From Eledone cirrhosa (lineage: Eukaryota): a DNA stretch of 64,000 nucleotides. The stretch is from NCBI GenBank assembly GCA_964016885.1, contig OZ024744.1, forward strand, positions 52,824,001 to 52,888,000. The letters are read 5' to 3'. Made by a program: the position numbers and the translations under genes. The notes below the pieces were generated by a model. It was not told where the DNA came from and ran no database searches. It saw nothing but the letters and a program-made list of their open reading frames with translations. Below, piece by piece: positions 12,161 to 24,045 of this stretch. The number at the start of each line of letters is the position of its first letter. Within the stretch, counting starts at the first letter, position 1.

Positions 12161-12939
12161 GTATCAGTTCCACATAAAAAATACTAAATGATATCCAAGT
12201 AAAGAAATACAACGCGTGTTAGATGTTTGGAACAACGGGAAAACAACACAAATTTCCCTCAACATCCATGAAGAAAGAAGAAATGCAAATCCGGAATCGA
12301 CAAGTCACAATAATTCAAGGCAGAAAAATTAAATGTTTTGTTTTTGTTATTTTTTAATTGGAGAAGGAGATGGCATCACATGATGCGTCTCAGCCAATCA
12401 GATAGCTGCATTTCGGAGAAGAAAGACAATTAGCGGGAAAATTGGCGGACCAGTCAGCCATTGTGAATTTTTTTTTGTGTTAAACGAACAATTTTCAATT
12501 TCGCTATTTTCGCCTAGTTGCAAGAAATAAAATATTAGTTTCGTCAATTTTTTTTTACTATGTTTCTCTAGAAGTTTTTAGATGTCTTTTAAAAGTTCTT
12601 CAAAGTTTTTTTAGAAGGCTGTGTATTGCATAATCGGTGTCAACCACTTTAGACGATGTATATTTGTGTATTTATGACTTGCTTGCAAAATTATTCCTAT
12701 GAATACGAATGGCTGGTGCGTGTTTGTACCATCAGCTCCAAGAAAAATGCATGTTTTCGCTCGGCATTTTTCTTGCCGGAGTGTCTGTCTTATTTTTATG
12801 ATGTCCGTTTGTGACGTAGGAACTATCACACCACAGGTGTCGCTTCGCTACACCCTCTTCCTGCTATATCAAGCGTTAACCCAATATACCCCTTCCATAT
12901 ACTGTACCGATTGTGTTGTTATTTCTGTTTACCATTTAC

Positions 12940-13083
<144 letters not shown>

Positions 13084-13103
13084 TTAATAAAATAACTGAT
13101 TAA

Positions 13104-13155
13104 AGTTTAAGCAAAGAATCGCTTGCTTTGACCCTTAACGGGATCTTCTGAAACT
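13104..13155 (-). ncRNA. Degenerate hammerhead-like motif (two core substitutions)
   Basis: Minus strand: agttt-CAGAAGA-t-ccc-gttaa-ggg-t-CAAA-gcaa...ttgc-TT-aaact; all three stems pair. Confidence 0.35.
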
Positions 13156-13372
13156 AAAAAAAATCAATCTGTGAACACAGAAGTAAATATTTTTAAAAAC
13201 GTTGCAACCGAAGGAAAAAAGGAAGACGATTCTTTTGTTCGTGGAGACGTTCCCTGGCAATGAATATTTTAATATATATTTGCGCTAGGGTTCTTGTATA
13301 TTTGACATATATTTATCCTTATCGAGCCGTCTTTGGATTTTAGTCTTCAAATTTATTATTATTACTATATAT

Positions 13373-13629
13373 ATACGTCTTGATTCTACGAAGCAGACTT
13401 TGTAGAATCAAGACGTATCTGAGGACCTTATGATTTTCAGAGTCAGGTTAGATCATCACGTCCGTCGTGCCTCGAGCTGGTCGCCAGAGAAACGATTGTA
13501 ATATGTCCAATAAATTCCATTCGTCGCAACACTGATTCTCTTTTTTTCTGTGATATCATACTCTGCTCTATGAGAGCATCGAGTGCTCAAACGGCCTACC
13601 GGAAACGGACGTTTTAAGCATCCAACACC

Positions 13630-13630
<1 letters not shown>
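13373..13630 (+). mobile_element. Short Penelope-type terminal fragment with 5' hairpin and hammerhead
   Basis: Hairpin 13373-13418 (atacgtcttgattctac...gtagaatcaagacgtat), hammerhead, AATAAA at 13509; 3' tail similar to 15325-15400; (TA)n flanks. Confidence 0.6.
13412..13507 (+). ncRNA. Type I hammerhead ribozyme motif with long helix II
   Basis: gacgtat-CTGAGGA-...-GAAAC-gatt-GTA-atatgtc; 7-bp helix I; helix II base is degenerate. Confidence 0.65.
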
Positions 13631-13714
<84 letters not shown>

Positions 13715-14463
13715 AAACAACTCTGTCCCTGAGAAAAAGCGAGAGTGTATTTGAACCGAAAACTCATCGCTAGAACACCCGTTAAAACACCTAAATGCTG
13801 TCAAAGGCAATAGTGGGCTAAATTTTATTCAAATGCACTCTCGCTTCGACTCCATTAGAGACAACATTGTATTGATTCTATATATATCCAAATGATATCC
13901 AAATGGGATATCACTTGTGCCAAGTTTCCATCCATTTCATCTAGAGTTGGGAGCGGCACATACTGCAATAACATAGAGTTAATGTCTACCCAGCGCCTTA
14001 ATATGCTACAGGAAAACTTGAGCGATCAACATGAGATGGCTGTAGATGTTTTAGAGAAGCATCTAGAGGTACCGCTATCAAAGATCCAAGGTAAATTTAC
14101 AGCACAAAGAAGCACAGATGAGGGTGGCAGTATCAAACTCTCTCATGCATCAATAGCAAAGAAAGTAAGGACAATTACAGAACGGTAGAACCTCATGTCA
14201 CTACCCCAACACGGTCACAGTCAATGGGCTTGAACAAGTAAGACAGCATATATATATACACTTCCTCGCCTACCTCGTCCCTCATCATGTACCTTATTTT
14301 TTTTACTTCACTCTTCAAACAACCTTTATTCTTTCCTGAACAATGACTAAATTTCGATACGTTGAAACATTTCCTTTTCTTTTCCAGCAAGAGTGAAATA
14401 AATAAGTCTGTCTAATTATATATCTTGTCTTTTTAGATCCTGGACCCTCTCTTTCTCCCCCTC

Positions 14464-14576
<113 letters not shown>

Positions 14577-14587
14577 GTGTATATATA

Positions 14588-14654
<67 letters not shown>

Positions 14655-14656
<2 letters not shown>

Positions 14657-14790
14657 ATGAATGCGTGGTTAGAAAATTGGATTCGTAATTTTGAGGTTAT
14701 GATTTCGCTTCCCAGACCGGGCGATGCGTTATGTCCTTGAGCAAGACACTTTATTTCATGTTGCTCCTTCTGCCTGGAGTTGCGACCGAT
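14655..14790 (+). mobile_element. tRNA-derived SINE fragment (CORE-like type)
   Basis: gcgtggttag A-box-like head; tgtccttgagcaagacacttt central motif; related decayed copy at about 50595-50800. Confidence 0.55.
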
Positions 14791-14892
14791 AGATAGTATT
14801 AGCAATTTGACGACCTCCTCCCCCACTCGTTAAGTGAATGGGGTCTGGGATCTTGTTAATCGATTATCGATATGTATATATAAGCATATGTA

Positions 14893-14945
<53 letters not shown>

Positions 14946-14952
<7 letters not shown>

Positions 14953-15400
14953 GAAAAATCAGTGATGCATCTGGACTCATTTTATTGTGTGGTACAATTG
15001 TTTCGCCGGCAGATAGCTCGAGACAGGATCATTGTATGTGTCTGTCTGATTCTAGATCTGCAGATTCTTCTCACACATGCAATACTTTCGGAACAAACCT
15101 TCTCACAATGAGAAGGTTTGGTCCGAAAGTATTGCATGTGTGCGAAGAATCTGCAGATCTAGAATCAGACAGACCATACAATGATGAGAAGGTTTGTTCC
15201 GAAAGTATTGCATGTGTCCGAAGAATCAGCAGATCTAGAATCCGACAGACCCATACAATGATCGTGTCTCGAGCTATCTGCCAGCAAAACAATTGTACCA
15301 CACAACAAACTGAGTCCAGATGCATCACTGATTTTTCGTTTTATATTATATCACACTCTGCTCTGTAAGAACTTAGAGTGCTCAACTGGCATACCGCCTA
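14946..15400 (+). mobile_element. Near-perfect palindromic fold-back element with duplicated internal segment and degenerate hammerhead
   Basis: Arms 14946-15105 and 15109-15344, 3-nt loop; ~76-bp direct duplication in right arm; tgtgt-CCGAAGA...gcagat/atctgc...AAAAC-aatt-GTA-ccacaca at 15213-15304. Confidence 0.65.
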
Positions 15401-15464
15401 TGGAAGCATCATAGCTAATATTAAACACACACACACATACACACACACACATATATATACATAC

Positions 15465-15786
<322 letters not shown>

Positions 15787-16539
15787 TATGTATATACGTA
15801 TTTATCTTTAATGTGTGAGTTATTCCAAATAAACTATAGCCTTCCAGGTTAAAAATGCATCTACATAAGAGGTTACCTGCATGTATTTCTGAAATTATAC
15901 TCCAATGATGCCTCTAATACAGATATTTCGTTTTACAGTAACACTGAACCTACTTTGTGGTGTTCACGGGTTATTAGAATCTGCATAATTAATGCAGACC
16001 TTCCCGAACTACAGACTGTATATATGGTAAGCTTACAACAAGACCATATTCATACAAACCTTGACTATTGTATTACACTGCCGCATAGCATATATTCCAC
16101 TAGCAGGCTGGGGGTTAGTGCATGACGCACAAATCCCATTTATCAGCTTACCTCCAGTCGGTGAATATCACATCACAACATATATAGGCTGGGAAATCCT
16201 TTGAGGGAACACTAACATTTTCTCGGTTTTCCAGCAGAGGTAACAGACATTCTTACAGGTCCTTTCTTAAGTGAAATTCTCAAACATTAGCAGAATCATT
16301 CGTGAGGTACTGTGTACTTAATCCGGAAACCACTACCGTATGTTAAATCTTCCTCTGGTCCACAACACTGACAGAGCTATTTTTATTATTGCCTACGTTA
16401 TGCAAATTCGAACCATAATAACATCCGTTTTTATATAATAAATGTATTCGTACATATGTTTCTCTCTATTTTCCAAAATGTCTTAGTGTTAGTAATTGCG
16501 TCGGTTTGTTTAAATGCCTTTACTATTATTATTACAAAT

Positions 16540-16626
16540 ACCGCCGAGTTTAACTTACGGAGTCGATAGAATAAAGTACCAGTAATACACTGGGTAATTG
16601 CTGGCCTTGTGCCAAATGTAGAAACA

Positions 16627-16658
<32 letters not shown>

Positions 16659-16785
16659 GGCCCTTTATGGTCTGAGTTCAAATCCCGCCGAGTTTAATTT
16701 TGCCTTTTATCCTTATGAGGTCGATAAAATAAAGTACCAGTAATACACTGGAATAATTGCTGGCCTTGTGCCAAAGGTAGAAACA

Positions 16786-16830
<45 letters not shown>
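16540..16830 (+). mobile_element. Two tandem 5'-truncated SINE copies with (ATT)n tails
   Basis: gtcgataaaataaagtaccag core and tggccttgtgcc...gtagaaacaattatt end, shared with 61258-61490. Confidence 0.75.
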
Positions 16831-16833
<3 letters not shown>

Positions 16834-16854
16834 TATTATTATTTATTATTATTA

Positions 16855-17013
16855 TTTATGCATAGTTTATTTTATATTTTTATATTTTCATTGTTAAATT
16901 AGTCTTGCCATTGTGCACTTTTACTCGACCTTATTGTAAACCCCAACTGTCCCTGTCTTTGTATTGTCCCCTACATGTCGGCCCGTGTGGCTAATAAATG
17001 AAATCATTATTAG

Positions 17014-17080
<67 letters not shown>

Positions 17081-17521
17081 GGACACGTTTGAAAGGGTTG
17101 AAGACGAGCATTTACCTCTTCGGTGATGCACTGATTAACTTTTTCAAATTTCATTTGAAAAGGAAAATCAGGGTAGAGAGGGAAGTGCTCTCTTCCCAGC
17201 ATTTTGTTGAAAGATGGGTGAGAGAAGCAAGAATGGCCCGAGTGAATGGGCTACTCTGAGAATGCGCCTGTAAATTGAAGGTGGAAAACTGGGAGAGTGC
17301 ACTTGCCTTGGTGGTCAGGGTCACTGTGGCCTATTAATGGGCTTTCTCCACAAATGTCCCTCTGAAGTCTCCCCCCTATTGGGGAATTTTTCATTGTTAT
17401 TTTTATTACATCCTCTGTTTTTGTTTGTTACACGCAGAAATGCCCATTTGTACCGTCCTGCATTGTCCTGCACTGTCCTTAATGTCTACTTTATGTAAAC
17501 CCTTGTGGTTAATAAAGAAAG
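16855..17521 (+). mobile_element. Two short Tx1 3' fragments in (ATT)n
   Basis: 17081-17260 translates as TRLKGLKT...FFKFHLKRKIRVEREVL...ARMARVNG (Tx1 ORF2 C-terminus) and the fragment ends ccttgtggttaataaagaaa; 16855-17005 ends cccgtgtggctaataaa. Confidence 0.75.
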
Positions 17522-17542
17522 TATTATTATTATTATTATTAT

Positions 17543-17763
<221 letters not shown>

Positions 17764-19159
17764 ATTTTGCAGTTCGTCCTCATTTGTTTTCAAACCTTTT
17801 TTACAAAGTTTTCTTGGAATAATTTTGGATCGTTTACGTTACTACGGCTTCTGCGGTTTACACTACTCACCGCTATATCACTCGGAGAAGCCATACTTTT
17901 ATGCAAGTAATTGACAACAAAAAGTTAACACAAAAATATATTATAAATTTTCAACAGCAATGCTCTATCGTATTTCCGCATCAAATTGAATGGTGTGAGT
18001 TCGCAAAAGATTCAAAGATGAAATATCATACAACATCAACATTCAGGCCAGGATCTGACTTAAGGAAGCCTTCCTCTCTTCCACTAGTCTCAAAGACCCT
18101 CAAAAGGACAATAGGCTCTGCCATTATTCCTGACTAAGCGATAAAGTATAGCTTTAGCTGCCTCAATCCTTGTGGTTAATAAATAAGGGTATTTTGGGAA
18201 ATGTACGACTACACTTCATTACCAGCAATGACGTTGAATAATTAACTCGTTGTATCATCCTGTAATGTTTACTTTGAATTATTTTCGAAAGCAACGGGAA
18301 GCACCTTTCCTTCTTACTCCAGCCTGGAATCTTCTAATTGACTCGGTTCCCTCTTGTATGTCATTCAGATCTAGGATCAGATTCCGGTCTGCACATGATG
18401 GTTAATGAGGAATATATCATTTAACGTTGTACAATATATGTAGAGAAAAAGACATCGTCAATAAGGAACACCTTACTCACGTTCTTTATATATCACGAGG
18501 ACAAAAGAGATGACAATATTAATCATATCTTAGTAGTCTGATAATGTTCTTGATTCTCATTGATTTTTATTTTATCTCTTATTTTCATTGTTTAAGAGGG
18601 CGGACACTGCCGATGACCCTTTTTTGATCTTTCTCAGACCTAGCTCCAAATACTTGCAGCAGTGTGGATTTGATTAAAGATACGCATGGGTGTCTAGGTG
18701 GTGGTGTTAAATCAGGCGACAGATTATGTGTACCATATAAGGAGAGCACAACAGAATCTGAATCTCTTCTTTTTATTTGCTATTACCACCGAAATCTACA
18801 CCGTCCTTAGCTTCATTTTGTTTCTCATTTGAAATCAGAACGAAAGGAGAGGAACAAATACTGTATGGCATTTTTTCATGATGCGCTAAAGATTCCACCA
18901 TTCCACCGTCTTGGGATGCTGTTTTATTGATAGATCTTGGCAGAAAGAATAGCGAAGTGAACCATAGCAACGTTTCAACTTAGAGTGCAGAGAATCAGAA
19001 CAAATAAAACGTGGTGTGTAGTTGCTCTAATTCATCGTCTACGGAAGAAGAGTCCTTTTTCTCTGGAGAATTTCTCATTGTAGGTAGATGTTTTTGCTTC
19101 ACAGGAAATGGACTGCTACTCTCAAGCTTGACCAGGGTGGCATTTGAAATCAAAACGCA

Positions 19160-19745
19160 ATGGTTTCTGATTGAGGCACAAGGCCAACACTATTTTGGGA
19201 GGGGAAGTTTATTAAATCGACGCTAGTGTGTTACTGCTACTTTATTTTATCGACCACGTAAGGAGGATCAGTTAAAATAACTTCGGCGAGATTTGTACTC
19301 AGAACGTAAAGGGATGTAACTAGATTACGCAAAGCATGTTGTCCGTAAAAAGATAATGGTTTCTCATTTAAGCACAAGGCCAACAATGTTTTTGTGGGGG
19401 AGGGGAAAGAGGATAAACTCGACCCCAATGTTTACCGGTACTTTATTTTATGACTCCGTAAGGATGAAAGCCAAAGTTAACCATGGCGGGATTTTAACTC
19501 AGAAAGTAAAGGGACGTAACTATATGCTACAAAGCATATAGTTGTTTAAACCAAATAATTGTTTCTACTTTTGGCACAAGGCCAACAATTACCCAGTGCA
19601 TTACTGGTACTTTATTTTATCGACCCCCGTAAGGATGAAAGGCAAAGTTAACCTCGGCGGGATTTGAACTCAGACCGTAAAGGGACGTAACTATGCTAGA
19701 AAGCATGGCGTCCGACACTTTGCCGATACTGCCAATTCACCTGGT
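19160..19745 (-). mobile_element. Three tandem SINE copies
   Basis: Repeated gcacaaggcc...ctggtactttattttatcgac...gatttgaactcaga modules at about 19160, 19355 and 19555. Confidence 0.7.
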
Positions 19746-20325
19746 TAAATAATGATTTCTTTATTTATTTAGTTCGACACAAAGGTTTTTAACCAGTCGC
19801 CATGTGTCTAGTTCAGAAAAACACGTCAGTGTCGGTGACATGGTGCGATCTCTCCACGTTGCTTTCATTTAATCTGACACCTTATTAACTCGGCTGGTGT
19901 CTTCAATGTGTTGTCATAAAAAATTTGATTTGAACAGCGAAAGAAACAAGCGTCGTAGTTAATTTTAAACCGATTTATATTAGAAGACAAGGAAAGCAAA
20001 TTTTGTGTTAAAAACATCAATATAAGACAACAAACAATAAGAAAGTTATAACAACATAGGTAGAATTTATTAAATCCAAATGAAAAACTCTCCTTTATTA
20101 CTTACAAAGGAAATAGAATTATAGAAAATGTTCGAAAATCAAAAGAAAGTATTTTAAAATTATGTTATAGAAAGAAAAATGTTGGCAAAAAGCAAGTTTA
20201 AGAATAAGTTGAGAATAAGAATTTATAGAAAGAAAATTATATAAACACCCACGTACAGACACGCAATATATATATATATATATATATGTCTCTATACACC
20301 TAGCTCACTCATTCTCTCTTTCTCC

Positions 20326-20395
<70 letters not shown>

Positions 20396-20935
20396 CAATA
20401 TGTTGTGATATAATATAATATATGATACATACATATATACATACATACACACATGCACATACATACATAACATACGTACATACATGTATAATTTACATAC
20501 ATATATACATAAAATCATTCATATATACTTACATTCATATATACATTCAAACAAACATACATACATACATACATAAATGCATACATACATACATACATAC
20601 ATACATACAGTGTTTGGATAACTTCTTAATACGGATTAAATAAATAAAAAATATAAACGAGATTTGGATCTACCATTTTGAGAAGACAAATATTTTTGCC
20701 AAATAGGAATCTGTAAAATACAAATCACATTTTAACAGTAGAAACAGCCGAAAAAAATATATAAAGTAATTGATTTTTCTCAAAAATTAATATCATTCCT
20801 CGGCAATAATGAATCACTTCAAAGCGGCATTTTTTAACATTACATGTATAGTCATTTATATGATATGTTTTAAAGGTTTATATAATATACAAACACATAC
20901 ACACATACTCACATCCACACATATATAGAAATGTG

Positions 20936-21108
<173 letters not shown>

Positions 21109-21247
21109 TATATTGTAAGCTGACGTTGGATATGACACTATCTTATACTTCAAATATTGTATAGTATCCTTGAAATAAGTATAATAAATTAAATATGATG
21201 CTATAGTGTTTTCCATTTATTACTATTGTTAATATATATATATATAT

Positions 21248-21637
21248 TAGTTTTGCGAGGTTTTTGATATGAAATCGTGTGTGGAAAATAAATATTGTTA
21301 TACTTGGGGAGGGTCATATTTGTGTAATAATATTGCCAGAATTAATAACAGAACACACTCACTGTTTGGTTGGTTTTCGCTTCTGCGTCTTTTATATCGG
21401 TTAATTTAATGTATTGGGTCCTCAATGTTCCCAACGGTCAAAAATACAGATACAGTATAGACACAAACACATATATATATAGTCCACAAAGTTCTTTCGT
21501 TGCACAACTGCAACATCGTCAGTGGTGCTATTATGTTTCCTCCCGTTGTATTGTATACCTACGCCATCTTTATTTAGTCTGTTATTAATTCTGGCAATAT
21601 TATTACGCAAATATGACCCTCCCCAAGTATAACAATA
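21248..21637 (-). mobile_element. Fold-back element with hammerhead motif; same family as 41075-41390
   Basis: Inverted arms about 21292-21351 / 21578-21637; shared atgaccctcc(c/a)aagtataacaatat; minus-strand ca-CTGACGA-t-gttgca-gttg-tgcaac-GAAAG-aa-CTT-tg at 21480-21530. Confidence 0.6.
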
Positions 21638-21689
21638 TATATATATATATATAAAGAAGAAATTAAAAGATGGTTAAAAGAGTTCCATA

Positions 21690-21759
21690 TATTTTATTAT
21701 GCGCATTTCGAAAACAAAATAATCCTGGGACAAACATTGTGTTCTCATCAGATAAAATA
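21690..21759 (-). ncRNA. Minimal type I hammerhead ribozyme with palindromic helix III
   Basis: Minus: tattttat-CTGATGA-gaacacaa...ttgttttc-GAAAT-gcgc-ATA-ataaaata. Confidence 0.78.
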
Positions 21760-21851
21760 AGGTAACATTATATGAGGCATAATAGCAGTTGTTTACAGGA
21801 AAGTATTAAGTCTACATATATAATATTGTTCTACAGTATTATTCACCTTCT

Positions 21852-21952
<101 letters not shown>

Positions 21953-22064
21953 CACACACACGAACTTTCATGTGTACTTATATATATATATACACACACA
22001 CACATTCATGTGTACTTATGTAATGAACGAAAAAAACAGAAAAAAGGGACAAGATAAAATGCAT

Positions 22065-22215
22065 ACACACAGATACTCACACAGAAGCACACACACATAC
22101 ATACAGATACTCTCACAGAGGCACACATACATACATATATCCAGAGAGTCACACAGAGGCACACATACATACATACGGATACTCAGATATTCACACAGAG
22201 GCACATATATATACA
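22065..22215. repeat. ~30-bp minisatellite (cagatactcacacagaggcacacatacata), about 5 units; a further unit lies at 23644-23672
   Basis: Direct reading. Confidence 0.7.
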
Positions 22216-22229
22216 TCGAGCAGTTGATG

Positions 22230-23625
22230 GATAGACGAAATCCGAGCAGTTGATGTTGGAACTCGAAAAATACTAAACAACACCAGAAACTTCCACATCA
22301 ACAGTGACATAGACCGCCTTTACTTGAAACGTAAACAGGGAGGCAGAGGCCTAACATCAGTCCAGACAACATTTGAATGTCGCATCATATCTCTCCGACA
22401 ACATCTACGAAGCTCGAAGCATAGGAGCCCATTTCTCGAGCAAGTCTATCTGCATGAAACAGATAAGATCATGAGAGTTGGGAAGGAACTCCTTGAGAGA
22501 TATTCCCTGTGTGATAATCAAAAACTCACACCCAGGGAAGTCGCTCAGCAGTATCGCAGTGAATCCATGGATGAAAAACTGCATGCTTATCAGCAAACAA
22601 TCATGCATGGATATGGTGCCAGGAAGCTCCAGAGTGAGAGTAATATAGATAAGGAAAGTAGTTTATCTTGGACCAACAACCGCTATATTGGCTCCCACTT
22701 TGAAGGATATGCTTTTGCTATCTAAGAACAGGAGATTAACACGAAATACCTGATTCACAAAAGAGATAGGGATGCAGGCAAAACACCTAGATGTGATAAC
22801 AAGTGCAGACGCTGCAGAACAAACATCAAGGATATCACCCATGTCATCAGCAGCTGTCCAAAGATGTCATCGCGGTACTATCTACCTATGAGGCATGATG
22901 TAGTGGCCAAAACACTGTACAATGCAGTTCGTAAAAAAGATAGTCCCGATAATAAACACATTAAAAGCTACAGCAATGTGGAAGACATATATATACATAA
23001 TATGAAAGAGTACTGGTGGAATGTTCCAGTAAAAACCCCAATCAAATGCAGGCATAACAGACCAGATATTATGATATGGGACAGAGGGAAGAAAGCATGC
23101 ACAGTAGTGGAAATTAGCTGCCCAGCAGATGCCAATATAATATCAAAGATTAAGGTATAGGAGAATATTTATGCAGAACTGATGAGAAATCTGCAAATAC
23201 TCCACCCTGATTACACCTTCAAATTTATGCCTGTGATTATTGGGGCACTGGTGTGTGTTAGTAACTGCCTCAATACAAATCTTGAGAAGCTAGGCTTCAC
23301 AGGAACAGAAAGAACACAACTAGTTACGAAATTACAAGTACAATCCATTAATGGAACAGTAAAAATATGTAAAACATTCCAAAAATCTTGCATCTAATAA
23401 CTGCATATACACATGTACAGATACAAAGCATATACACATGCACACATACAACTCAAAACATCCACATCAACACATACAATAACATCCATATCTACACATG
23501 CAGACATACATACATATCTACCTAGTTGATGTTGTGTAAATTCCAATGAGAGAGTCTTGTGTCTATGTTAGAAACCGACTCTCTCTCTATTGGTAAAAAT
23601 GTGTGAAATTATAAAACCAGAAGAA
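22230..23625 (+). mobile_element. Dong/R4-clade RLE retrotransposon, 5'-truncated copy A
   Basis: RKQGGRGL, AIxEQEINT, CRRC..HVISSC, RHD, RPDIMIWD..VEISCP (PD-(D/E)xK nuclease); ends aaaaccagaagaa then (CATA)n. Confidence 0.88.
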
Positions 23626-23829
23626 CATACATTCATACATACACAGATACTCACACAGAGGCACACATACATGCATAAACAGATACATATATATATATAT
23701 ACATACACACATATATATATATATATATATACATGCATATATACATGCATATATATATATACATATATACATCCATACACATACATATATACATACTTAT
23801 ATACATCCATACACACATACATATATACA

Positions 23830-23982
23830 TGATGGCTGCCACCTCGTTATCGAGTATGGCCATTGCACAAGAAAAAATAATAAATAAAAAAAATAAAAAT
23901 TAAAAAAAAAATAATAATAAAAAAATAAAAAAAAAAAAAAATAAAAAAAAAATAATAATAATAAATAAATAAAAAAAAAAAG

Positions 23983-24045
<63 letters not shown>

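Noticed and set aside
17773-17906. Possible host exon (tttgcag ... gtaatt, open frames)
   Set aside because: No recognisable protein or partner exons; needs RNA-seq
18990-19160. Protein-like minus-strand frame (VKLESSSPFPVKQKHLPTMRNSPEKKDSSSVDDELEQ)
   Set aside because: No convincing splice sites or homology that I can recognise
23520-23625. Hammerhead-like layout in the Dong/R4 3' UTR (ttgatgt...long stem...gaaattata)
   Set aside because: Core lacks C3 and A9 in the copies inspected and helix I is poor; better read as a conserved 3' recognition stem-loop
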